NCBI RefSeq assembly: GCF_006345805.1
Contig: NC_043003.1
Coordinates: 68,820,001 to 68,884,000 of the forward strand
Source of the DNA: Octopus sinensis
Taxonomy: Eukaryota
DNA: 64,000 bases
Direction: 5' to 3'
This document shows, in pieces, positions 52,811-64,000 of the stretch (position 1 is its first letter; each line of letters opens with the position of its first letter). The position numbers and the translations under genes are program-made. The notes beneath the pieces are model-generated. The model was not told the DNA's origin, did no database searches, and saw nothing but the letters and a program-made list of their open reading frames with translations.

Positions 52811-53721
52811 AAATCGATGGATGGACGGGCTAACGGATGGACTTACGGGCGGACGGACGGACGGACGGACGGACGGACGGACGTATGGATGTATTGATGG
52901 CCGGACGGTTCGATGATGGATGGATGGGTTAGTGAGTGAGCGTACAAACTAAAGAAAGAACCACTCAACATATTTGGTAGGAGTCACATACTTTATAATT
53001 TAATAACCACTCATTCCGAGAAATACAGATTTCTACTGGATGTCAATGACATGCCAATACAGATCCTAACAACACCATGTGACCCACATTGACCAATAAC
53101 CGCTCAGTCTCCAGTACCCGCCTTCACCTTATCCATTTCTTCTATTCGGTGGCACAAGTCATATGAACAAGGAGTGTGTGACGAGACAACGAAAATTTAA
53201 GTTACATGATGGTGAATCAAACTCTTATTAAATGATAATGTGTATGTACATATATATATATATATACATACATACATACATACATACATACATACATACA
53301 TACACGTGTATGTTTGGTCTTCTTCATACGAGTACTTATGTGGTATTTTGTTAGTTGTTTCATTCAATCATGAAAGCAGCCATGTTTGGCCTCCAGCTTA
53401 TAGGTTTTAGTCGATCACATCTGGTAATTATTATCTCCTATAGAACAGTAATGAAGCGGCAAGACGGAAGCACAAAAATTCCTATATTCAGATGAACTTG
53501 TTTGAGTGTGTGCCTGTGTGTCTATACACATACATACACACACATACATACATACACATACATACATACATACATACATACATACATACATACATACATA
53601 CATACATACATACATACCTATACGCACACACACACACATATATATTTATGCGTGTGTGTGAAGGTTTATATATGTGACTGTAGGTTTATATGTCTATATG
53701 TCTACCTATCTATATCTGCCT

Positions 53722-53777
<56 letters not shown>

Positions 53778-56700
53778 TCATCTTCCTATTCATATATGTG
53801 TGACATTGTGCCTGTCTGGGCGTATGTGATTTTGTATGATTCTGGTCTAGTTCATATATGAATACTTGTTTGAATACCAAAAGCTTTGCACAGCGACATT
53901 GCTATGTTCGATTTATCTTGCATAACATAACCTTTTGAATATATGTCTTAATCTCTTATTAACTTTTTGTTTACAAATAACGCTTCAGTGATTTCAGCTA
54001 AATTATATAAAAACACACTTCTTAAATATCCCTGTCAAAATATTTCACAATTGAAAACTATCTGTTTAAGTCGAGACTTTCTTTGAGATATTCATTAGCA
54101 AACTCTCTACACCGCCATCTTAAATTACATCAGCCATTTTCTTCATCTTCTTCACCTTCTCTCCTCTTCACCGTTTCATCATTTCTGTATTGTATCTTCT
54201 GCATCTTTTTCATCTTGTTGTTGGTTATTATCTTCTGCTTCATCAAATTTTTGTTTCTGTCTTCAAACTCTTCAATTTTTTATTCGATGATTTCTTATGC
54301 TTATTTTACTTCTAGTTAATATCCAGACGTACACGTTAACCTCTATTTTATATAAATATAATTTAAACATTTTTCAATGCGAGCAAACAATTCGTAATAA
54401 CGATCTTGTTCTATAGTAAGATCATTCCCAAATGTACGCTACTATAAAACCATAGTTAAATTGCACTTACTATTTTATGGTCATTCATTAAACTCCATGT
54501 TGTCAGTAAGATTAACAAGTTTTACACCCTGAAGGAACCAGAACATAGAGAACCTTTAAATTCACTGTTTTATTTGGGTTATATATACGTGTGTGTGTGT
54601 GTTTTTGTAATTTTTTTTATGAGGACAACTCGAAGTAGATTAAATTATATGCAACAGCATGTAGAATGTTGATTTCAAAAGCGTCGGATACGAAAATGTC
54701 GTTGCCTACCGATATAGATATACTTAGCTATACGCACACATATATGGACATCCGTGTGCATAGATGTACACATCCATCCATCCATCCATCCATCCATCGA
54801 TACATACATACATACATACATACATACATACATACATACATACATACATACATACATACATACATACATACATACATGCATACACATAACTCACACATTA
54901 CAATTGCAATCTATGTGTGTAGTAGTAAAAATATGCAAGGCTTTTCCCAAGTTTAAATTTTACATGGATTGCCTTATCCACATTTCAACAATGGAGCTTC
55001 CAGACTTTGTCAGAAACCAGTTCCTTCCTCTGAAGAAGTTTATCTTGTGTGTGCATTTAAACGTGCGCCTCTTATTGTTGTGTTTAGAGCTTCCCGTAGA
55101 ATATCTAATCCCATCCGCTCCCAGCATAGTGATATGGTTACTTCAGTGCTTAGCAGTTTTACTAGCTATACTGTATATCAATAATAGTAGTAGTTGTTGT
55201 TGTTGTAGTATGAGGGCATGCATAGTAGTTGTAGTAGTAGTATGCGTCGCTGCATCTACATGTAGGTGAATCCTTACTGCTGGTGGATGATACCTTTGCG
55301 CCACTCAGGTGGCAACTCATGGGTTTGTTTTGGCCCCTTTCTTGCCGGCGAAAGTTTTACTAGGTCAGAATGCAAATCCTACTCCAACATCCCAGCATCT
55401 TTTATTTGTCTTTTACTACGCGTAGAGCTAATGTTGGGTCTGTCCTTTGGTACGCCGGTGACCAAGAACACAACATGTCATCCAGACCGGGTGACATGGA
55501 AACCGAACCCATGTCTGGCTCCGTAAATGAAACACCCGAACAACTAGGCATCACGCCGTCACAATACAGCGCAAATTTTAAAGAAATAATATATAAATAT
55601 ATATGCATTCAAGTACGTGGGCGCGTGTATGTGTGTGTACACAAATGCGATTGATTACTATAACTGCCAACTGTAAATAAGACAGTTATTACATTTAACA
55701 TAAATAAATAGAAGTTAAATATTTTGAAACAAAAGTTAAAATAAAACACTAACTACGTAGTGATGTATGTTGTCTTGGAGATTATATAAATGCATAAATT
55801 CACTGGAACTGCCAATTCATTTCGAAATTATTCCAAGAATTATTAAATACAACCTGCAGCAAGAATTTGTCCATTTGTTGTTGAGGTTGTTTTTTGTTTG
55901 TTTGCGTTTTGTTTTGTTTTTGTAGAAGTGCTACCAAAATGGCTGACATCCTTAGCTTTATTATCATTCCAAAAAGTGATTAGTAATGGGTACATCACTT
56001 TAACGATCATTTAAATTAAATAATTATAAATCGTGATGTAAATTAATTAGATTTTTAACCTGAGCTAACGTATGAAATATTATAATTACATAAATTAATT
56101 ACTTCAGTTACATTTTTCGATTTATTTTTCTTTCGTAAATTTTATGTTTTCTGTGTAGAAATTTCGCACAAATATATTTGATATATGCATTTATTTATTC
56201 TTCTGTTCCTTTACTAGTTTTAGTTAATGAACAACGACCATGCCGGAGCAATGCAGAGATTTTTTTCGGCCGACCAAATTTCAATGAATTATTAACTTTA
56301 AAGATCTCTATTTGTCGAATAAATTGTGTATCTTTAGACGTAAACGATCTCGACTTGACGCACCGTTTTCCACCATTACCCGCATATGCACTCAAATTTT
56401 TAGTCATAACAGACTTTTGCATAGATTTTTATTATTTTATTCCTTCATGTGTTTCAGTCGTTAGACTGCAGCCATGCTGAGGTACGAGGTTGAGGTGCAA
56501 TGCTGAAACGTTTTTTTCGAAAAAATCGACTTCTGTACACTTTTACTAAGTTAAACCCTAGTCTTTCCCAACCTATAATTTAGTCTTTTCCCCACAACAT
56601 ATTCTAGCATCTTGGAATTGTTGTATGTCGTAATATGTACAGCCATCTCATAGCTATTTTCTGTTCTCTAAAATTTTGACGGCTATGAGAATGATAGGCC

Positions 56701-57587
56701 TTAACAAGTGTCTCAATGAAACACAAAATTATACAGGTACCAAGAAATGCTAAATTTTTGTGGAGTGGGTGGAATCAGACAAGATGATATAACAGTACAA
56801 TAAGAAGAAAATAGAACTATCTGATGGTACACTAAATTATTGCCTAGTTGATTGGATTGTAAGGGAAGGTAAGTATCAAAAGTAAATGAAAGGAGTCTAA
56901 CCACTGTAACAATTTTGATGACTAAATGAAGTTAAGGTTGAAACGACGAGGATAGTGTTCAAGCAAGTTCAACGAACACGATGTTACAAGCCAACACATT
57001 TGCATACACACATATAGACAAGCATTCATACATAGTTATATATAAACATGTTTCTACATTTTGTTATACTTTCACTCCAGAAGCAAAAGAAATACTGAGT
57101 TTTAATATATTATAAATTAATATATATATTACGTAGTACTACTGATTAAACTATACAATGTAAAATTAAAATAAAGAGGTAGAGTCTTGTAGATTTTATA
57201 AACTTTGTTCAGAAGGCTTGCTAGAAATAAACGTGTGGAGATGGAGACGGTAAACATTAAAAAAAGTGGAAATAAGGAACGAGATATACACCGTGTTCCG
57301 CATCTGTATTGCCGTCACTCGTTATGATTATGTAACCAAAAAGTTAAGCAAATCACGACACAAAAGTCTATCTAAAATCCACGAACTGAAATATGAGCCA
57401 CAAATATCTTTAAAATGAAAGAATTTAGCAAAAGATTCAATGTACTGAGGGAGTAGCACAATAAACCGGTAGTGAGCTGCGGCGCTCTTGTTCCTGACCT
57501 CTACAATGATTTGAAACTGAATATTTGGCAGCAACTTCCATACATAAGCAGATATACGCATATAAATATATCTATGCAGGCACCCGC

Positions 57588-57630
<43 letters not shown>

Positions 57631-58599
57631 ATATATATATACACTCATTCAAGGATAGTACGGTAGCCTTGTGTTATTGCAAGAATTTTTTATGGAAGCC
57701 TTTCAGCTTGACTGAGCTCAATACAAAAAGATTACGAAATATTTGGCAATGTTCGTCTTCTATCACATTCTGTTAAACACTCTCCATGTTTTCTATACTA
57801 AAACTAACTCATAAATTCAGGTCTTCGCAGTCTTCATTTGCGTGTAGAACTCGTTTGACTTTATCTTTTTACAAAGGATGCTTCCATGAATAAATATTTC
57901 TAAAATATACGTAAACGCTTAGAAAATCATACGAATAGCCACGCAGCACATTTAAGATTTGGCCAGCATACAAATTTAAAATTGTTACTGCTGTTCTTCT
58001 AAGCAAACATAAGTTATGTTATTGCTGAGTTAGCCATGCCAAAGCTGCCAGATATTCTTATTTAAAATATCAGTACGGCACTGCATCTGCTACCAAATGT
58101 TACTCTCTGTAATATTATAACAGTTTATAGCAGTAATAAATGCATCCAATGTGTTGATATGAAAATGTATGCATGGATGTATCCTAAATCGTTCTCGGCT
58201 TTCAGTTATCACAGAATATTAATCCAATACAGAAACTAAGAGCTAATATCATTAATGGATGTGTGCATGCAACGATTGGTGAATAGGCAACAGTGAAAAC
58301 AATCTATCGCAATACATCGAGTCAAAAGGAAAAGTCATCGAATCTGTGGGAAGTAGTCATACAGTGTGAAGCAAAGAAAAACACGGAGACCATGCCAGGG
58401 GGAGGAAAACGAGCGAAAACTATTAATGATTGCTGTGTCTGAAAGTCAATGCAAATCTAACAGCATCGGTAGGAAATCAATCGTGATTAGCATAACAAGC
58501 AGCCATTGAAGTCTTGTGTGTGAAAAGAAACCTCTATGAAAAATTCAGAGTTAAACAGCTGTTCAGGAAGAAAGAAAGAACTGGGGTCTCTATTCAGAT

Positions 58600-59960
58600 A
58601 GTAATGAATTGAGCTGAATATCTTTATCAAAAATAGTGAGATTATACAAAAAGTAAAAACGGAATAGACTTATCACAACACCAGTTATCAGCATCTAGAT
58701 ATCTCTGAATGATGCCACCCGGCGAAATTTCAAATAAAAATGATGTTCTTTAGTGATATCTATAATATTAACATTAGCAAGGTGAAAACGCTTCTGTTCT
58801 GACAAATTACCATATTTTTTATTACTTAGAGCTAAATTCATTGATTCAGATGTCCTCAAATTTTGAAAAAAATATTCATACCATTTTTGTTTTTATTTTC
58901 CGTCTTTTGCTTGTTCGTTTTTGTAAATTATCCGATTAAATGCAGGGTAATTTTTATCCGAATCGTAAAATTCCAAAAGGGCAGTACTGAGCATTTTATT
59001 GCGTGGGCTGCTTTTTAACTTAGGTCATTCCTTACAACAATTGCAGGTATTATATAGATCACTTTGAATATAATGGAGTATTCTACGAGTAAATATGTCG
59101 TTAGAGAGACATTTGATAAGGTTTGTTTGCAATATGTTATTTATATTACACCATAACGAAAACAAGGTTTTTTTAAAGAGAATAAGCACAAACCGTATTG
59201 ACGAGGTGATGCAGAAGATTAAAACATGTTTCTTTGACAGAGATGGATCCAAAATAGTTTGCCTTCGGAGATTGCGCTACATTATATGACCGCATTTGTA
59301 AATATGTATACAGAGAGATTTTACTTGTATATTTAAAGAAAAAGATACTCTAGAAAGCGTGGTTACGTATTATGTAAAACATAACCTGGCACACAACACT
59401 TTATTTTTTTCACTCGTATGGGAATTCATGACATAGACTCAGGTATACCGATTCCATCTCCAATAGTATTCGGCAAATTAAACTTGTACAACAGATATAA
59501 GCTAGCTGTAAATAAAATGGAAGTGTCGTAATGAAATGACCTTAGCTATAAAATAACCCCAACCTCAAGTCCAAATGCAACAAATGATAAAATATTTACT
59601 GTTGTTCTTATGGACTTCTGCGATTCGGATAACACTTTACATTATAATATGATAAAATACTTTTTAAATCAATAATTTATACATAAATGTCAAAATTTTA
59701 TGACATCTAAATTAATTAATTTAGCTCTAAGAAATAAAAGAAAATGGTAATTTGTCAGAATAGAAACGTTTCTATCTTGCTAAAGTTATTCATATCACTA
59801 AAGAACATCAATTTTATTTGAAATTTTGCCGGGTGGCATCACTGACAGAAATCAAGAAGCTGATAACAGTTTTTTATAACGCGTCTGTTTGAATTTATTT
59901 TTGTACAGACTCATGACTTTTGATGAAGTTATTTTCCTCAGTAATACGCACATCCAATAT
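58600..59960. mobile_element. ~1.3-kb non-autonomous element with long diverged inverted arms (~190 bp core, possibly ~270 bp)
   Basis: 58680-58870 is approximately the reverse complement of 59690-59875 (GATGCCACCCGGC..TTCTGACAAATTACCAT..TTAGAGCTAAATT). Weaker homology extends outward. Confidence 0.7.
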
Positions 59961-60094
59961 AGAACACATTTCAGAAATATCCAATCTAGTCAGCATGATT
60001 ATGTAATTAAAAAGTTTTTTTTGCAACCATACGATAACAGTTGGAATCTACTGCGAAGTATCTTGGACAGTTATATTCAACTGTTGGAAGACAC

Positions 60095-60524
60095 TATGTC
60101 CGGCAATAGGACTCTGTAACAAGCCACACAAGCAGGAGAACCCAGTTATGGCTGTCAGACAAGTTTTGCGAGAAATCACCCTTAACATCTGGCCACCTAT
60201 CTCCTCAGGCTGCAGCCACTTTGATTATTACATGTGGTACAGCGTTGCGAGAGAGACGAGGAAAATTCCAAAGATGAACTGAAAACAAGGATTATGGCAG
60301 CCTTCACCAACTTAAACAAGGAGACCGTCCAGAAGAGTTGCAGGATATTCCGAAGCCGCCTGGATGCCGTGAGTGACGCCAAAGGCGATTTTATTGAATA
60401 ACTTTACACTTTAGTATTTCAAGATATTTTTATGTAATTTTGGTAAATATGTCTGTTAAAATGAGATGTCAAGTTTATATTCATTCTTGCGTAAGTTAGA
60501 CGACAGTTTATTCACCGCACCTTG

Positions 60525-60526
<2 letters not shown>
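60095..60526 (+). pseudogene. maT/DD37D-like (Tc1/mariner) transposase 3' fragment with right TIR
   Basis: CHTSRRTQLWLSD-like segment, NIWPP.S..C...DYY.W, KDELKTRIMAAFTNLNKETVQKSCRIFRSRLDAV..AKGDFIE*. End CACCGCACCTTG-TA. Confidence 0.75.
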
Positions 60527-60563
<37 letters not shown>

Positions 60564-61327
60564 GGAGGGAGGGAGAGAGAGAGAGGGAGGGAGAGAGAGA
60601 GAGAGCATGTATGTAATATGTATGTATCTGCTTGTGTGTGTGTGTGTGTGTATCACTACTCGAAAGGTAAGTGGAATATTATTGAAATAAACACGTTTAG
60701 CTCCGACAGAGAGAAACCTCCTGCAAAATATATGACTTGACATCCGTCAACTAATAACTTTGTGACTAAGCTACGTTCCCATTTCTACAGAAAAAAAAGA
60801 ATATGTGAATTCTCCATCGATTTCGAAATTGGGTGTGGTAGTTCCAGGCATTTAATCTGCTTACTTATTGAATTATAAAAGCAGCCGATTCAATATTTCA
60901 CTGATATTTGTAATTATTTTCATCATAGCATAGTGTTCAAACTGAATCAGATTAATGCAGTGTACGACTAGGATTCCCGTTTGTATTCCACGGGCAGTGA
61001 TCCGGACAGGTGTCCACCAAATCAATTTCACTCCCAACAAACACACACACTTTCGCTAATGCTGCCGCTTTAACTTAACGCTGATTGGTCAGTCTCTCGT
61101 TATTGATACTTTACATCACTCACTGAATTGATTGAAGCAACTTGAAGTAAAGTGCATTGCTTAAGGGCACGATTCCTGTACTTGATTTGGAATCGAGACA
61201 GTAATCTACCTTCTCATCGAGAACTTAGTTGCCGAACCACCAGGTTATGTGGCTTCTGAGAGTCTATGCTTGTATGTATTTACACACACACACACTCAAA
61301 CATCCACAAAAACGCACGTATATATAC

Positions 61328-61380
<53 letters not shown>

Positions 61381-61393
61381 CATATATATATAT

Positions 61394-61458
<65 letters not shown>

Positions 61459-61461
<3 letters not shown>

Positions 61462-62202
61462 AATAAGGGTAGAAATTGATATTAATAAATTCAAACCAGT
61501 GGCCTAACATATTAAAAGAATCCGAAGATTAAAATATTTTTTACATACAAAATTTAAAGGACTGACCACTAAAAGTGGACTGTCAATATGCTAGATATAG
61601 ACGTCAAAATCGCTATTTTCCACGAAGAATGTGTTCTCAAGAAAAAACTCAGCACAAAACCAAAGTGTAAAAAATAAGCAGGACAAACGAAAATATACAA
61701 AATAAATACGATTACCTATGTACCGATCAGTTTCGCTTGTTAATATTCACGCATATGTATACGTGAAAATCTGCAAGCTCATCAGCACAGTCTGTCGTAT
61801 ACAAGCATAATTTCCAGAACTAGATACATAACGTTTGACCGGAGTCCCGCATGCATGGAGTTCAACAAATTATATTTATGTATACCCTTCAAATGCCTTC
61901 ACTTTGGCGCGCTGAGATCGGAAATCTACACTGCAGTTAATAAATTACATCTGTCAATTTACCGGTTAGGGAACATTTTTTTAATTATTTAAAATTGAAT
62001 AAGGGTAGAAATTGATATTAATCAATTAAAACCAGTGGCCTAGCATATTTAAAAAATCCGAAGATTAAATTATTTTTTACATACAAAATTTAAAGGACTG
62101 ACCACTAGAGGTGGACGGTCAATATGCTAGATATAGACGTCAAAATCGCTATGACTGTCCACTTTTAGTGGTCAGTCCTTTAAATTTTGTATGTAAAAAA
62201 TA
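61459..62202 (-). mobile_element. Retrozyme-like HHR element: 536-bp unit, 158-bp partial tandem copy, 50-bp inverted 5' piece
   Basis: Direct repeats at 61459-61616 and 61995-62152. 62153-62202 is the reverse complement of 61535-61584. (TA)n on the left, (TACA)n on the right. Confidence 0.85.
61716..61790 (-). ncRNA. Intact type I hammerhead ribozyme
   Basis: CTGTG-CTGATGA-GCTTG..TTCACG/CGTGAA..CAAGC-GAAA-CTGATCGG-TA-CATAG. 5-bp stem I (one G-U), 5-bp stem II, near-palindromic stem III, GUA triplet. Confidence 0.88.
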
Positions 62203-62230
62203 TACATACATACATACATACATACATATA

Positions 62231-63426
62231 CACAGGCATAGCAGAAGTAGATACCAATAAAACATTGATAGCACATTGTTTTATGTTTATTCTAACGAGA
62301 AAAGATTTGTAGTTTTTATTAATTGACATTTTTTATGTTTGAGGTTCTGTATGTGTCTGTTTAATCAAACCATTTACAAAACAAGCCTTGGAACTGCCTG
62401 AATTTCAAAGAGGTAGTATTGCGGGTCATTTCCAAGGCAGACAAAACGTAAAAACGCAGAAAATCTCGGGATCCCGCTTTCTACAGTTAATAGGGTGAGT
62501 ACGCAATTCACCAGAGAGGGAAAGAAGTCCACATCACCTCACCCTGATCAACGAAGGACCTCTGACAGAACCCTACTATTTGTTAAGTGAAGTGTGGAGG
62601 ATAATCCTCCTTGCGAGGCCTCTGACATATCAGAGCAGCTGTCAGGTATCTCCACAAACCTGATTGTTGTGGAGGAGCAGCAAGTAGGAAGCCACTTCTT
62701 CGACCAGCCAACATCAAGCGGAGAGAAGGTCGGGCCAGTGTGATGGTGGAGAGTCCACTAGCATTTTGAGGCACTCTCATATTTCCTGCCAGTGGTTAAG
62801 TGTGGGTCGGGAGACTCTGTGATCAGGAATTTGATGTGAAAAGATTGCAGCCAACAATGAAACACGGCAGCTATTCTGTGATGGTCTGGGGAGCAATTTA
62901 GAGCAATGGTTGATCAGAGCTGGTGGAATGTGAAGGAAACATAAACTAAGGTAAATATGTGTCCATATTGCAGAAAGGATTACTTCCAATCTTCTCCGAG
63001 GGTAAAAGACGACTCTTTATTTATGAGAGATGAGACTCCTTGTCACGGCTAAAGTGACCACAAATTTGGTGGATGAGAATGCCATTAAAAAGCTTCCATG
63101 ATCAAGTCACCAGATATGAATCCTATTGAACACCTCGGGGACATAATGGACAGGAAACTTCATAAAAAGAACAAGAAAGCATCTTCAAAGCCAGATCTTT
63201 TGAGATTACTGCAAGAAACTCGGCAAGAAATTCCCCGAGAGAATATTTGTCAACTGATCAGTAAGATGCGTAAGAGGATCCTTGCATTCAAAAATGCAAA
63301 GGGAATGTCTACTAAATATTAAATATTCACATTATAACAATTAATAAATTATTTGAATGTATAATTTGAGATTTAAATAAGTTCTAATAATTATAAGGGT
63401 GTTTATTTACTTCTGTCACGTCTGTG
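62231..63426 (+). mobile_element. Full-length decayed Tc1 (DD34E) transposon
   Basis: Imperfect TIRs CACAGGCATAGCAGAAGTA / TACTTCTGTCACGTCTGTG flanked by TA. Motifs [35 protein letters not shown] and KSPDMNPIEHL..STKY*. Confidence 0.9.
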
Positions 63427-63431
63427 TATAT

Positions 63432-63488
<57 letters not shown>

Positions 63489-63674
63489 GATACGTAAATG
63501 TCGAACGATGATAATGAGTGTTCAACACCGCATTGGTGGATATAATTTCTTTGTGAATTAAGGCTACCAATGGTTTCATAAGAAGAAAACTAGGAAAGTA
63601 TCCCAGTGTCTTAATTTCTCAAGGCGATCACATGGAGATAGGTGTTCGTGTCCAATTTGTAAAACACAGCCTGT

Positions 63675-63722
<48 letters not shown>

Positions 63723-63869
63723 ATGTATATATATATATATATATATGTGTGTGTATATACATATATATATATGTATTTATTTATTTATTTATTTATTCAT
63801 ATATATATATATATATATATAAGCAATATCCAACAGACATTTTATGCATGTATGTTCTTTTGTTCTCAG

Positions 63870-64000
63870 GTCGACTCCGATTCGAATCATTTGAGAGGAG
63901 CGACGAGACAACTCACGAAAGGAACGATAGGCATCGATGTTCCGTCATTTTTGTGACTTATCAATATCACACACTCGAACTGAGCCCAAGGGAAAGTCAT
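63870..64000 (+). CDS. Candidate host-gene exon of unknown product
   Basis: Strong acceptor TGTTCTTTTGTTCTCAG|G at 63869/63870, followed by unique, GC-richer sequence. One frame is open to the window end ([43 protein letters not shown]); another stops at 63956. Confidence 0.3.

Noticed and set aside
56195-56422. 75-aa protein-like ORF on the minus strand
   Set aside because: It directly follows a SINE tail, has no splice acceptor and no recognisable domain.

Overview
AT-rich, microsatellite-saturated eukaryotic DNA, very probably from an Octopus-type cephalopod (inferred from the tRNA-derived SINE families and the abundant (TA)n/(TACA)n/(TAGA)n tracts). I find no intact protein-coding gene. 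Most ORFs in the supplied track are translated microsatellites or antisense shadows. The window is mostly transposon relics: RTE, R4/Dong-like and CR1/L2 LINEs, Tc1/mariner/maT transposases, a Helitron helicase and many SINEs. One possible host exon starts at 63870. The main signal is a recurring Penelope-like/hammerhead-ribozyme (HHR) system. (i) A 4-kb palindromic element (7546-11556) has ~1.5-kb inverted arms, each with a type I HHR, around a GIY-YIG endonuclease with one frameshift and no reverse transcriptase. (ii) Two more GIY-YIG relics lie at 2-151 and 33655-34305. (iii) Short non-coding HHR elements lie at 15758-18817 and 61459-62202, with isolated HHRs at 451, 11776 and 51684. Most of these elements have 3' ends pointing outward into (TA)n tracts and inverted 5' ends. 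All alignments, folds and family assignments were made by eye; no database search was run.
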